A stretch of 64,000 nucleotides of DNA from Octopus sinensis (Eukaryota): assembly GCF_006345805.1 (NCBI RefSeq), contig NC_043011.1:50046464-50110463 (forward strand), read 5' to 3'. The notes beneath the pieces were generated by a model. It saw only the letters and a list, made by a program, of their open reading frames with translations. It did not search any database and was not told where the DNA came from. Numbering within the stretch: the stretch's first letter is position 1; every line of letters starts with the position of its first letter. Made by a program: the position numbers and the translations under genes. Of this stretch, positions 13,491 through 26,095 are shown piece by piece.

Positions 13491-13764
13491 CTGTTGTGTC
13501 TGGGGAGAGTCGTTTTCTTTTTGTGCCTTATAATGTAACACACGCACCGGTAAAATTTCCACTTATTCATTATTTTTATTTTCCTAAAATTTTCGTTGCG
13601 TCTTGCAACCTTTTCAATAATCAAGAGTCAAGACTATTGAAAAGGTCGCAAGACGCAACGAAAATTTTAGGAAAATAAAAATAAGAAATAAGTGGAAATT
13701 TTACCGGTGAGTGTGTTACATTATAAGGCACAAAAAGAAAATGACTCTCCCCAGACACAACAGA
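13491..13764. mobile_element. 274-bp near-perfect palindrome (foldback/MITE)
   Basis: Arms 13491-13619 and 13635-13764 (TCTGTTGTGTCTGGGGAGAGTC / GACTCTCCCCAGACACAACAGA), 15-bp spacer. Sits exactly where the Dong fragment ends. Confidence 0.9.
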
Positions 13765-15338
13765 ATTACAGTAAATTATTTTTCAATAAATATTAACTGA
13801 ATGTATAATAATGCCATTACTACGATTTGTTTCTCATTGCCGTTTATTCTGCTAGCAATCTCAACTCGTTGCCTCTTAGTTTATTGGTTGTTTGCTATTG
13901 TTTCTTATATTATATGTAACCATAACACAAGAAAAACACTTTTCATATATAGTGTAGGTGGTGGATATGTGTACTTATATGCCTCGCTTTCTATGAGACT
14001 GTAGTAGTTACATTTAGTTTTAGAAATTCCACTTGATAGTATGTTACCTTTTAGGTTAATTAATAGTTAACTACTTTATCCGGAAGATATAAAAATATCT
14101 CTGAAGCTGAAAGTAATATAAAGAGCGATAACGAAGATATTAAATATTTATAATCACTGTGTCATAGAATTGCTTGATAGTAATAGTCACATGGCAGCAA
14201 GCAATGAGAGTCAAGAAGAAGAAACTGAAGAAACATTCATGTATATAGAAAAATAATTAGAATGATCACGAAATCAGGAAAAAGATGCACAAAGAATGGA
14301 TAAGTCAACGCATAATAAAAGGCAAGGAATAAAAGATTTATTTGCTTGAGGGGAAAAGATGAAACAATGATTGATTTGATCTAAAAGAAATCTTACAACT
14401 GGTATATCTAACATAATAATAAGTAAATACAAATATTGCTCACGACTATTTGTCGCTCTCGCTCTATTTTTGTTCAATAGAGGTTGTTACATCAGAAATA
14501 TTTTGGTAGTTTCCTTCAAGTAATTGTTTGGTCTGTCAGGAACGAACATTGTCAGCATCAGTGAAACAAGAAGGTTAGACTTTTCACATTAGATTTAATG
14601 ATTATTATTCAGCCGAGGTCATTACGAAGAACACAACTATCAGCTTCTTAGGGTCGGGGAAGGGCAAACAATATATTTTTTCTGTCAGGTGATATGGCGA
14701 AATACGTTGTGTGGTGGACGAAGCAGAAGGGCTGAAGAGATGAACCAATCGATTTAATGATTATTATCCAATCTGCCATGTGACTATGATGAAATACATT
14801 GTGTGGTGAACGAAACTAACGGGTTGGGTGAAGAGAGGAGGCAGGCACAGGTCCTCTATAGGCAAAACCTTACCCAATTTCACATAGAAAACAAGGTGCG
14901 GTTGGTGAATGAAAAAACATCTCCCACGAAGTGTTTTCGAAGAAGGATCAGTACAGCGATTATGTAACTGATAGATGGGGCTATTCTGAGCAAGCATTTG
15001 TACAACTGAGCGCGATAGAAGAACGATCACTAAATTTTGATGCTGAGGACGATTCATGTTTTATGGGGTCTGTCTGAGAGCAGCTGACTTCCTAAATGTT
15101 GGGGCATCTTATTTTCTTGGAAATTTGTTGTGAATTCTTTTCGTTATTTTTTTGTACATGTTTTCGTCTAAACCCCTAACTACGTTACATTTTCTCATTT
15201 AAACTGACCTTCTTTCCTTTGAACACTTGCGGCTAATAAGGAAAGGATGATATCTCTCATACAAATAAAAGAAACTCTCTACCTCCTCTTCTTCATCATC
15301 ATCATCGTGATCATTATCACCATATTATTATTATTATT

Positions 15339-15880
15339 GAGTGAGAGAGCAGTGCATGCCATCAAAGTGACACTGGGATAAAATATACGAAGCCCAGTAT
15401 ACACATCATGACTATCCGTCTGATAAGGGTACAGCAGACACATGTATCACAATCATATGTGTGCGACATGGTGATCTCATATCAAGATAAACAGCGCATG
15501 ACATTGCAGTTAGAAGTTTCTTCTGGTCGCGTAGCCCATCCCGCTCAAAAGGTCCCTGAATAAGGATTGCTTAAAGATGTTGAACGAACCACCCATGTTT
15601 CCAAAGGTGAATTATCCAAACCTCTAAGAATTCCTTTCAACACACGGCTATGGTGCTCCCCCACTACTTCTGCTCATGACCAGAGATGCACATATCGTCA
15701 GACACTAAGGGACATAGTCAACTGGTTAAGGTCAAACAACTGACAAGTAGATCTGTAGTATTGAGCAGAATATTTGCTGTAGCCCATATTTTATCCCAAG
15801 ACAAAACAATGTACATAACACTTCCAATCAGTTTAGATCAGAAGCCATGAGAGCTACTGTCTGGTACTGCATCAGGGCAT
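15339..15880 (-). mobile_element. Unclassified ~550-bp TAA-embedded element (family C), copy 1
   Basis: Homologous, in inverted orientation, to 25058-25547 and 55123-55833. Flanked by ATT repeats on both sides. Strand inferred from the shared fixed end. Confidence 0.85.
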
Positions 15881-15909
15881 TTGTTGTTGTTGTTATTATT
15901 ATTATTATT

Positions 15910-16037
<128 letters not shown>

Positions 16038-16289
16038 TGTGAAGTATCATAAGTGATAAAACCTATAAACATACTCATCGATTTTTCCTGTATATTTTAT
16101 CTCTTTCAAAGCACCCCTCTGCAAATATTTTTAACTTCACCAACATGTAACCTTCTCAAAGGTTATATATTTCTGGTTGTTTTGTTTTTTCAGTTTATAA
16201 CTGATATTTTCCTATTGTTGTATTTAGATTGCAGCAAGCATGCTAGATGATATTGATCTCTTAGGGATTTTAAAACTCCTTTTTGTTTT

Positions 16290-16830
16290 CCTTTGATAGT
16301 ATCAGGAAATGTGTGTGTTCATTGATTAACTTTGCTTGTTTTGGGTATATTTTATCCTTGTTTTTATATTGTTTTGATGGTGGGTTGCTGTTAGTGATGT
16401 GTTATTAGCTCATCCGTGCCTCGTTGTAAGTAGCATTTTCCATGTATTTATGTAGCGTTGCAAGTTTGCATTTGTTGATATCTGGAGAGAATTATTACTT
16501 CAAAATTTTTATTGAGCAATTGCTATATTGTTATGGGACGTAGTTAATATAAGGATGTTTGTTTGCTTTCACTGTACTCTCCCTAGTTTTCGACAATTCT
16601 TTCAAGCTGGCTACGAAATGTCTCGCCTCCGTGCGTTGTAGTGGGATTTCTATATTGTCACTCCATACATCTTTTACGGTAAGTACTGTCTCTAGTATAA
16701 GTGTCTCTAGTGTCTCTAATATAAGCAATGTCTCTGTTATCGGTGGAAGGCTCTTTCTGAAATGGCTATCAACTGCAGAGTAATTATTTGATGGAGCTGT
16801 CCGCATTATTCTTTTATATTGTTCTAAGTC
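16290..16830 (-). mobile_element. Possible Penelope-like N-terminal relic
   Basis: Minus-strand SLKELSKTRESTVKANK resembles the LKxL...IVIxxADKG motif preceding PLE RT. Heavily decayed. Confidence 0.3.
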
Positions 16831-17535
16831 ACACGTAGTGAACTTTTAAATGCGCAGTTTAGTTTACATTTGGATGTAGCATCGTTGAAAATACCCAAAA
16901 GTCATATCATCATTCTCAAAGTTTCAACGTTGAAAAATTATAATTAGGTGATTGTAATATGGAGTGTATTTTTCTGTGCGTGTGTATATATATATATATA
17001 TATATGTATATATCTATATCATAGTCGTTGTCGTCATAATTTCATATTTCCGTTTCCATGTTTATATGAATCTGACGAGAGTATGTTGAAGAAGAGTTTT
17101 CAACGGTCGGATGCGCTTTTTGTTGTCAATACCCTCTTCTTTCCAAGAGAAATATAATCTGTAAGTCTGCTGAATAAACGGCTTAGACACGTTTTGATGT
17201 GGAGAACTGGATACAAAAGACCCCGTGTGAATAAGCCGATTGTTTACAAAGGTCATGCTACACTTTAAGATGTCAAGAAGCCCGAACACTTTTATAAACT
17301 AACAGTTTCTCTATTGTGATATTTTTTCTTTCAAATCAGTTCCAGAACTTGCTCTGATACATGGCAGACACTCTATTAGCAACTTCGCTGATGACCATTT
17401 CAAATTTTCTCCTCTATATCTGATTCAATCTTGTTAGTTCTATGTATGTTTCAACATTTGGTACAGCTTCTTTTACAACATACAACGTTCTTTTGGACGT
17501 GTAGAAATGTGGTATGCGCTATTTTGTTTTTGTAG

Positions 17536-17640
17536 AAATTTAGCGGTATTTCGCCAGTCTTTATGTTCTGTGTTCAAATACCACCGGAGCCGACTTTGCC
17601 TTTCATCTTTTCGGGGTCGATAAATTAAGTACCAGCGCAT
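17536..17640 (+). mobile_element. SINE family B fragment
   Basis: GTTCAAAT B box followed by the shared core GACTTTGCCTTTCATC-TTTCGGGGTCGATAAATTAAGTACCAG. Confidence 0.75.
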
Positions 17641-18046
17641 TTTCCAATCGAAGTCGGATGTAGAGGGTTTGTTGGACACAGTGTTAGAAGACTGTTGTTA
17701 TCGTTAGGCCTAACTTATCGTAAGGTAAATACCAACATGATCGATATCCAAACTAGAATGGAGAAGGCTAGTCACTGGATCTGGTTAAAAAGAGACGATG
17801 ATCGATGGCTAGAGAAATATTGAGCTATATTTAATAACCAGTTGATCTAGCAAGCGTGGCCTCATATAAGTGAGGGGGCCGGTGCGCATTGATGCCGTCG
17901 ATAGGTAGGCCTCGAAACGGCGCGCATTCTCTTCTGATGACCTCATACACTTGCTAGCTTCCAGTATGCGGAGTTCTCGACTGGTAGTACTTGCATGTGC
18001 AAGTTGTTTGCAAGACATCTAAGATGTACAATATTGGATTCAACTT

Positions 18047-18246
18047 TTGACACAAGGCCAGCAATTTCGGGGCAGAGGGTAAGTCGATTACATCGATCCC
18101 TGTATTCAACTGGTACTCATTTAATCGACTCCGAGGGGATGAAAGGCAAAAACGAACCCGGTGGAATTTGAACTCAGAAAATGCAGACGGACAAATGCCG
18201 CTGAGCTTTTTTCTGGCGTGCTAACGAATCTGCCAGCTCGGTGCCT
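18047..18246 (-). mobile_element. SINE family B, tail-2 type
   Basis: Reverse complement carries the GGCxxCGAGCTGGCAGA head, B box, core, and the GGCCTTGTGTC tail. Confidence 0.8.
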
Positions 18247-18832
18247 TTCAGAGATATACATTATTAATTCAGAAGCCGCACTCTCATTGCACTGTACGAT
18301 TGCTCCATAACGCAATTCATAGCCGATACATTTACTTCAACAGAATTGTTGTGAAATATCAAGATTCTCAGGCATGCTTTTAAAGAGTTAATATTTCAAT
18401 TCAGGAAAAGAAGTAAAATTATGAAAACAATCTCAAAATTTCAAAATGAACGTATAACATCATAAATCGAGAGGAATCTACATCATCGAGCTGAACATAT
18501 TTAAAATGTTGTGTGTTCACATTATCACCGAACGATATCATAACAGGTAAACAAAAGACCATTGACCTATTAAATGTTAAAAACAATGTACTATGAAATA
18601 GATTTACTGACTCTATCTTTGACTCAGGAATTATCTGCATTTGTGTTTGTGAAGAAAATTATCTTTGTGACATTTAACTATATACGGTATGACTCAGGTA
18701 ACTAGTAAAGCTTCTGTAGTCTATTTTTAGGTTGGCAGATCTTCCTTTAGTTTCGAATATAATAACATAATATCTGCTAGAGGTAGCTTTTGTTATGGAT
18801 GTTGGTGACGTTACTAAAAATCCTTCTATAAA

Positions 18833-19241
18833 GGTGCAGGAGTGGCTGTGTGGTAAGTAGCTTGTTTACCAGTCACATGGTTCCGGGTTCAGTCCCACTG
18901 CGTGTCACCTTGGGCAAGTGTCTTCTACTATAGCCTCGGGCCGACCAAAGCCTTGTGAGTGGATTTGGTAAACGGAAACGGAAAAAGCCCCTCGTATATA
19001 TGTATATATATGGATGTGTGTATATGTTTTTGTGGCTCTGTTTGTTCCCTCAACCTCGCTTGACAACCGATGGTGGTGTGTTTATGTCCCAGTCACTTAG
19101 CGGTTTCGGCAAAAGAGACCGATAGAATAAGTACTGGGCTTACAAAGAATAAGTCCCGGAGTCGACTTGCTCGATTAAAGGCGGTGCTCCAGCATGGCCA
19201 CAGTCAACTGACTGAAACAAGTAAAAGAGTAAAAGAGTAAA
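18833..19241 (+). mobile_element. tRNA-derived CORE-type SINE (family A), full length
   Basis: Head GGTGCAGGAGTGGCTGTGTGGTAAG, B box GGGTTCAGTCCC, CORE-like GTGTCACCTTGGGCAAGTG, (AAAGAGT)n tail. Probably one of the described octopus tRNA SINEs (OR/OK); exact name not determined. Confidence 0.9.
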
Positions 19242-19664
19242 GGTTTTTAGTTCTTAGACACTATTTTTTTCTGAAGAAGTATTAAAGCATTTGGTGTAAT
19301 TCAAATATTGTTGGATATTTTAGTCAAATCCTTTGATGCCAACCAGGAAAATTTGCTTGCTCTTTTCTTATGCATTGTGCACATCTTAAATGGATGAAAA
19401 TGTTGGAAAATTACTAGCAGGATTCGAATGCAGAGGTGTAGCACTGCTAGCACTGCTAACCACTATTCTAAAGTGCATGTGGCACTGCTAACCACTACCC
19501 CAGAGTGACAGCACAACCGTTGAACGTCTGAATTAATAGACTTAAATTGAAGTCCCGTCACATTCAATGGGGGTCTCAATCCAAACGTTATTGGAGGTGT
19601 ATTGTTATATATCTAATATAGTAAATTGAAAGTAGAAGACTGCACGTAGTGTAGGAAAGCGGGG

Positions 19665-19699
<35 letters not shown>

Positions 19700-19708
<9 letters not shown>

Positions 19709-20429
19709 CAAAGTTGTTTTATTCAACACGGGTAGAAATACAGGAAAAATTTAAGTTTAAATTTTACTGAGAATAGTTAAAATATTTTTCATTGATATAT
19801 TTAAAGCTTTAACCGGTTTCACAGTTAACACTGATTTTCAGAATGCTCAGATAGAAAGACGTGGGTCATGTCGCAGATGTCTTGCTTCGGATTAGTGTTT
19901 GAAGCTTGCCCTATATTTATAGGGAGTTCATGGCACAAATTAGAATGTTTTGAATAGTATCTGATTGGTAGAGGATATTCACATGATTGGTCTTAGAAAT
20001 TTTTGAAGATTCCCCGCTACATCCGTGTATTTGCATCGCGTATCAATGCTTGACGTCATTAGTTAATGCTGACACGGTTGACTGAACATGTCCAAACAAT
20101 CAATGCTCTGAATGTTTTCTGTCAAGTGTTTGTATGGTTATTCAAATGTGTGCGTCCATAGGATTAAGCAGTCATCTAAGTGACGTTTCCAGTTGTGGAA
20201 GTTCAAGCCATATATTAATTCAGATTGTTCATATATTTGAGCCTCTATGTATATAGAAATAAGGCAAGCTTCAAACCCTAGTCAGAAGCAAGACAGCTGC
20301 AATATAAGCCAGGTGTCATTCTATTTGAACTTTTTGAAAATCCGTGTAAACAGTGAAACCGGTCAAAGCTTTAAATATATCAACAAAAAATATTTTAACT
20401 ATTCTCAGTGCATTTTCAACTTCTGTTTT

Positions 20430-20430
<1 letters not shown>
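19700..20430 (-). mobile_element. Penelope-like element relic: RT motif between ~155-bp inverted repeats
   Basis: Minus-strand FHNWKRHLDDCLILWTH (about 20150-20200) matches the PLE YxDD motif. Inverted arms 19766-19920 and 20251-20409, roughly 80% identical by eye. Confidence 0.75.
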
Positions 20431-20508
<78 letters not shown>

Positions 20509-21911
20509 TTATGCTCGCTGTAACTGCCTTTATTATCAGCTACCAGCGAAAGAAAGCATATAGTAATTTGACCTGTGTATTTCATCTTTTGTCCGTGCTA
20601 AATTACTGAATTCCGCTCTCTGTCTGTGCCTCTCTCCCTGACTCCTCCTCCTTCTCTCTCTCCTTCTCTGCCTCTGTATCTGTCTGTCTGTCTGTCTGTC
20701 TCTCTCTGTCTCTCTCTCTCCCTCTCTCTCTCTCTCTAGATATATATATATACATACATATTTCGCATAGGCATTGCGAGACTAAGAACGTGGTGTACAC
20801 CTACATATACATATAATTCTCAACAATACTTTAGTTGAGTACAGAGCGGTATTATGAAAATGAGCCATGCTATTTTCCCATATATAAGTCAATATCATTA
20901 GAACAGAAATTTATTCTTCCAAGTTTTATACAGTTAATCACATCTTTGTTTTTCAGGACCAGGACGTGTTGCTGCCGCAAGCCGATGCATATCTTTTACT
21001 CGTTTCCTGCATTAGATTGAAACTAAGATGAGGCGTCGACAAAGCAGGTTTAGTGAAACAAAGCTATCACAGTACATTCCAGAGCCCGGTTCTTACTCTA
21101 TCGGCCACTTTTAATGAACCGCTGATTTACGGGTACGTAACAACCCAGTACTGGTTGCCATGCGGTATAACGAGAGTCATATACAAACACAAACACATAC
21201 ACACACACATAAATATACAGAAAGTGTTTTATCAGGACTGCAATAGAAGACACTTGCGCAAGAATCTACTTATTTACGTCTGCGTCGGAATGAAATACCG
21301 CAAACTTTTGAGTTGCGCGTGCCAGTAATCCTTCCAACATCCAGCCTGATAATGTTCATTTAGAATACTGAACGTAGTTGACATTAATCTGATCAAGTTG
21401 GCATCGCTTAAATTGAGTTTGATACCTGCAATTAAAAACCATTAGCTGCAGTCATGCATTATTAATTAACTCTGCGTTTATGAACTTATACTCTAGCTTA
21501 GCAATTTTCTTTGTTCCTCTGTTGCACAATCCGCGCCAAATTATGTGAATGTATATATTAGGTAAAATCCACCTTTAAATTTACCTTTATGAGGTTGTAT
21601 TCCTGATGGAGCCACTGTATACAAGATTTCAGGAAAAATCTCTTTCTTTTTTTCAGTTCCTTCTTTGATTAGGAGGGGGTACCCCAAAATAGCTGGAAAC
21701 TTTCTCTATTGGACAAGCCTCTTGTAGTTGGGGCTTCCGTCGCTAAATGCCACGTAATGCAACCCTCAGGCATCAATCTACCACTTCGTTTTTTTTGTTT
21801 TGCATCTTTGCGTCTTTGTTTTGCGTCTCTCTCTACATACATGCATACATACATGCTTACATACATATACATATACATATACATCATGATAATAATAATA
21901 ATAATAATAAT

Positions 21912-21955
<44 letters not shown>

Positions 21956-22424
21956 TAATAATAATAGGGAATATAATTCCAAAACTTGCAGGGAAAAATT
22001 CAATTTAACAATTTTAAATCAAATTTCACAATATATAATATATGTTTATAATTTAGAGGAAAAATCCTCTGTTAAACAATTCAATGACGAAAGATGTTAT
22101 TCAAACCATATAGGAAAATATACTATAAAATAAAACCTTATTCTAAAAATCAATAAAGTAAAATAAATAGTAAATAGTTAAGGTTTTTATAGTATATATT
22201 TTCTATATGGTGTGAATAAAATCTTTCATTATTGAATTGTTTAACAGAGGTTTTTTTCTATCTATATATGTATCCGCACATATATGTGCTTATATCTAGG
22301 TGTATGTGTTTATACACACACATATATATATGCATACATATATATATATGTTATATATTCATAAGCATAATTGTATATACATGTATATATTATATATACA
22401 TATGCATATAGATATGTATATATA

Positions 22425-22470
<46 letters not shown>

Positions 22471-23141
22471 CATATGCATATATATATATATACATGTATA
22501 CATGCATATACACATATATTTATGCATAAATATATATATATATATATGAAACAAACGACTGGGGATGTCTCAGACTACAGATCTGTATATCTACGAATAT
22601 TAAGAGGAATAACAACGTCATCACCACCAGCAACAGCAGCTAAGCAACAGCAACAACAACAAAAACACCACCGCCACCATCACCACCACCACCACCACCA
22701 CCACCACCACCAATAATAATAATGATGATAGTTACTATTATTATAAATGTAATGAAAATAATACCAATAACAACAATAATTTTAGTAATAACACTAATAA
22801 TAATTACGGAGATGTACTTGCATAGCAAGTGACCTGATCTGAGATCGTGTGCTGCAACGAAAACAATTGTAGTGTGGAAGGTGTTTATAAGCCATTTAAG
22901 AAACGCACAAAAGACGTTAGATTCACCTCAACATTTAAAGGTTGCGGTCTCAAAGCGATGAAAATTCTTTGGCAAATTAAATTTAAATGTTGAAGTGAAT
23001 CTAATGGTTTTTGTGTATTTCTTAAATGGCTTATAAACACCCTCCACTAATAATAATGATGATGATATTGATGTGATGGTATTGCGTTGATGTTGATAAT
23101 AATTTCAAAAATAGAAATGATAATAATAATGATAATAATAA

Positions 23142-23332
23142 TAATCATTTCTGCTATAGTCGCATGGAAGGAAATTTGGCGGAGGGGACTAGTCAATTAC
23201 ATCGACCCCAGTATTTCACTGGTACTTATTTCATCGACCCCGAAAGGATGAAAGGCAAAGTCAACCTTGGCGGAATTTAAACTCAGAATGTAGTGGCAGA
23301 CGAAATACTGTGAAGTATTTCAACCGGCGTGC
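23142..23332 (-). mobile_element. SINE family B, tail-2 type, tail adjoining (TAA)n
   Basis: Core TCGACCCCGAAAGGATGAAAGGCAAAGTC and B box on the minus strand. Confidence 0.85.
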
Positions 23333-23399
23333 ATGTGTGTGCTTGAGAGAAAAAACATGGTATCTTATTAAATATCATCTCTATTATAGAATCAATGGT

Positions 23400-24005
23400 T
23401 GTATGGGTGGTGGTGGTATGGGTGGTGGTGGTATGGGTGGTAGTGGTATGGGTGGTGGTGGTATGGGTGGTGGTGGTATGGGTGGTGGTATGGGTGGTGG
23501 TGGTATGGGTGGTGGTGGTATGGGTGGTAGTGGTATGGGTGGTATTGGTATGGGTGGTGGTGGTATGGGTGGTAGTGGTATGGGTGGTATTGGTATGGGT
23601 GGTGGTGGTATGGGTGGTTGTATGGGTGGTGGTGGTATGGGTGGTGGTGGTATGGGTGGTATTGGTATGGGTGGTGGTGGTATGGGTGGTGGTATGGGTG
23701 GTGGTGGTATGGGTGGTGGTGGTATGGGTGGTGGTGGTATGGGTGGTAGTGGTATGGGTGGTGGTGGTATGGGTGGTGGTGGTATGGGTGGTAGTGGTAT
23801 GGGTGGTATTGGTATGGGTGGTGGTGGTATGGGTGGTTGTATGGGTGGTGGTGGTATGGGTGGTGGTGGTATGGGTGGTATTGGTATGGGTGGTGGTGGT
23901 ATGGGTGGTTGTATGGGTGGTGGTGGTATGGGTGGTGGTGGTATGGGTGGTAGTGGTATGGGTGGTGGTGGTATGGGTGGTGGTATGGGTGGTGGTGGTG
24001 GTATG
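23400..24005. repeat. (GGTGGTGGTGGTATG)n 15/12-bp minisatellite, ~41 units
   Basis: Direct reading. Variant units carry AGT, ATT or TGT. Confidence 0.95.
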
Positions 24006-24146
24006 TGTGGTGCTGGTGCTGGTGCTCGTGGCGCTGGTGGTGTTGAGGTGGTTGTGTTAGTGGCGGTGGGGTAAAGTAATAAAAAGTCAATAAAAAAAGA
24101 ATGGGATGGGACAGAAAAGGTGAGGATAAGTGTAAAAATGAGGATG

Positions 24147-24366
24147 TAGAAGAAGAAGAAGAAGAAGAAGAAGAAGAAGAAGAAGAAGAAGAAGAAGAAG
24201 AAGAAAGAGGAGAAGAATGATGATGGTGATGATAAATAAAAATAATAATATACTTGTTATTACTCTTCTTCTTCTTCTTCTTCTTCTTCTTCTTTTTCTT
24301 CTTCTTCTTCTTCTTCTTCTTCTTTTTCTTCTTCTTCTTCTTCTTCTTCTTCTTCTTCTTCTTCTC
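24147..24366. repeat. (GAA)n followed by (CTT)n, forming an inverted pair
   Basis: GAA run ~24147-24205, CTT run ~24263-24366. Confidence 0.9.
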
Positions 24367-25057
24367 CATAATTCTATTCTTGTTATTCTTGTTTTTGGAG
24401 GTGGTGAGGATGGTGGTGATTTCGATATCGCTGTTGATAAAATCGTTGTTGACAGATAGTTACTAGCAGATCACAGTATTGCCAAGGCAATGGGAAAGGA
24501 ATTCGAATGCTATCAAGATTTGGAACGTATGCAATGAGCCTCGAGAATGAATGTTGCATTTACCAACTTCTTGAAGGACACAGAGAACTACTAGGAAAAT
24601 TTGTAACTATCAGACGTTATTGAAAGTACACAATTTGCGGCCATATTTGGAACATCGGACGAGTCGAGATATTGTTGTGTTTCTAAAGCAGAAGAAGAAG
24701 AAGATACACAGACGTCGATACCCCTGAAGTTCGAAACTGAACTGTTTCGCAATAAGATAATAATAATGATAATAATAATATTAATAATAATAATAATAAT
24801 AATATTAATGATAATAATAATAATATGAATAATAATAATAATAAAAGTAATATAATAATAATAATAATATAATATAACATAATCATAATGATGATGGTGA
24901 TGATGATGATGTGATATATAATAATAATAATAATAACAATATAATAATAATGATGATGGTGATGATGATGAGATGAATGAGATGATGATGATGATGATGA
25001 ATATGTAATAATATAATAATAATAATAATATAATAATAATAATATAATAATGATGAT

Positions 25058-25547
25058 ATCATGTACATTGTTTTGTCTTGGTATAAAAGATGGGCTACAG
25101 CAAATATTCTGCTCAATACCACAGATTTGCTTGTCAGTTGTTTGACCTTAACCAGTTGAGCATGTCCCTTAGTGGCTGACGATATGTGCATCTCTGATCA
25201 CGAGCAGAAGTAGTGGGGGAGCATCATAGCCATGTGTTGAGAGGGATTCTTTGGGGTTTGAATAATTCACCTCTGGAAACATGGGTGGTTCTTTCAACAT
25301 CCTTAAACAACCCTTATTCAGGGACAATTTGAGCGGGATTGGCTACTCAACCTGAATAAAATTCTAACTGGGCCCACCTACAAGGTCATGTGCTGCTTAT
25401 CTTGATATGAGATCACCATGTCGCCACATATGGTTGTGATGCATGTGCCTGGTATACCCTTATCAGACGGGTAGTCATGATGGGTATATTGGGCTTCGTG
25501 TATTTTACCCCAGTGTCACTTTGATGGCACGAACTGCTCTCTCACTC
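25058..25547 (+). mobile_element. Family C element, copy 2 (lacks ~60 bp at one end)
   Basis: Ends CTGCTCTCTCACTC-AATAATAAT, like the other two copies. Confidence 0.85.
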
Positions 25548-25628
25548 AATAATAATAATAATAATAATAATATAATAATAATAAAATAATAATAATAATA
25601 ATAATAAAATATAAGGATGATGATAATA

Positions 25629-26033
25629 GAGCAAATATAAAGATCTTGAAATTTAGATATTAGTAAAATGTGGAACCTGAAGACTAAAACAGTACCTGTT
25701 GTCATAGGTGCCCTGAGAATGATAGCAAAAGGAGCTGATTACTACCTAGCTCACATACCAGGAAACCCTAAAATGGCAGAGATTTAAAAGATAGTGCTCA
25801 TGGGAACTGCTCATATCCTACGCAAAATACTTTCTATGTAATTTCAAGTTTTAAAACAAACATACTTTTCTTATGGTTTCTTAAACATTCTCTAGAATAA
25901 CACTATGTACAAAACCAAATATATGGCACCCTAGGCATAACACCAACATGAACTTCCAGCTTGTCTCTTGAGGTCTCTGGGTGAGACTTGGCCCCAAATT
26001 GTACAAATGTAAAACAAAAGTCAAACATAAAAT
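25629..26033 (+). mobile_element. R4/Dong-clade 3' fragment (subfamily Dong-B) in (TAA)n
   Basis: SKYKDLEI*ISKMWNLKTKTVPVVIGALRMIAKG...KIVLMGTAHILRKILS (end of RLE domain), then 3' UTR and TAA tail. Confidence 0.85.
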
Positions 26034-26034
26034 G

Positions 26035-26094
<60 letters not shown>

Positions 26095-26095
26095 T

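Noticed and set aside
14040-14420. Acidic stretch resembling a piggyBac transposase N-terminus
   Set aside because: No TTAA-bounded TIR or catalytic motif found; similarity too vague.
17905-17950. GAAAC followed by CTGATGA (possible type II hammerhead)
   Set aside because: Flanks cannot form stem II or stem III.
23310-24074. 254-aa Gly/Met ORF annotated as a gene
   Set aside because: Start is a GTG within a SINE, codon use is invariant, and there is no signal peptide; kept only as a low-probability finding.
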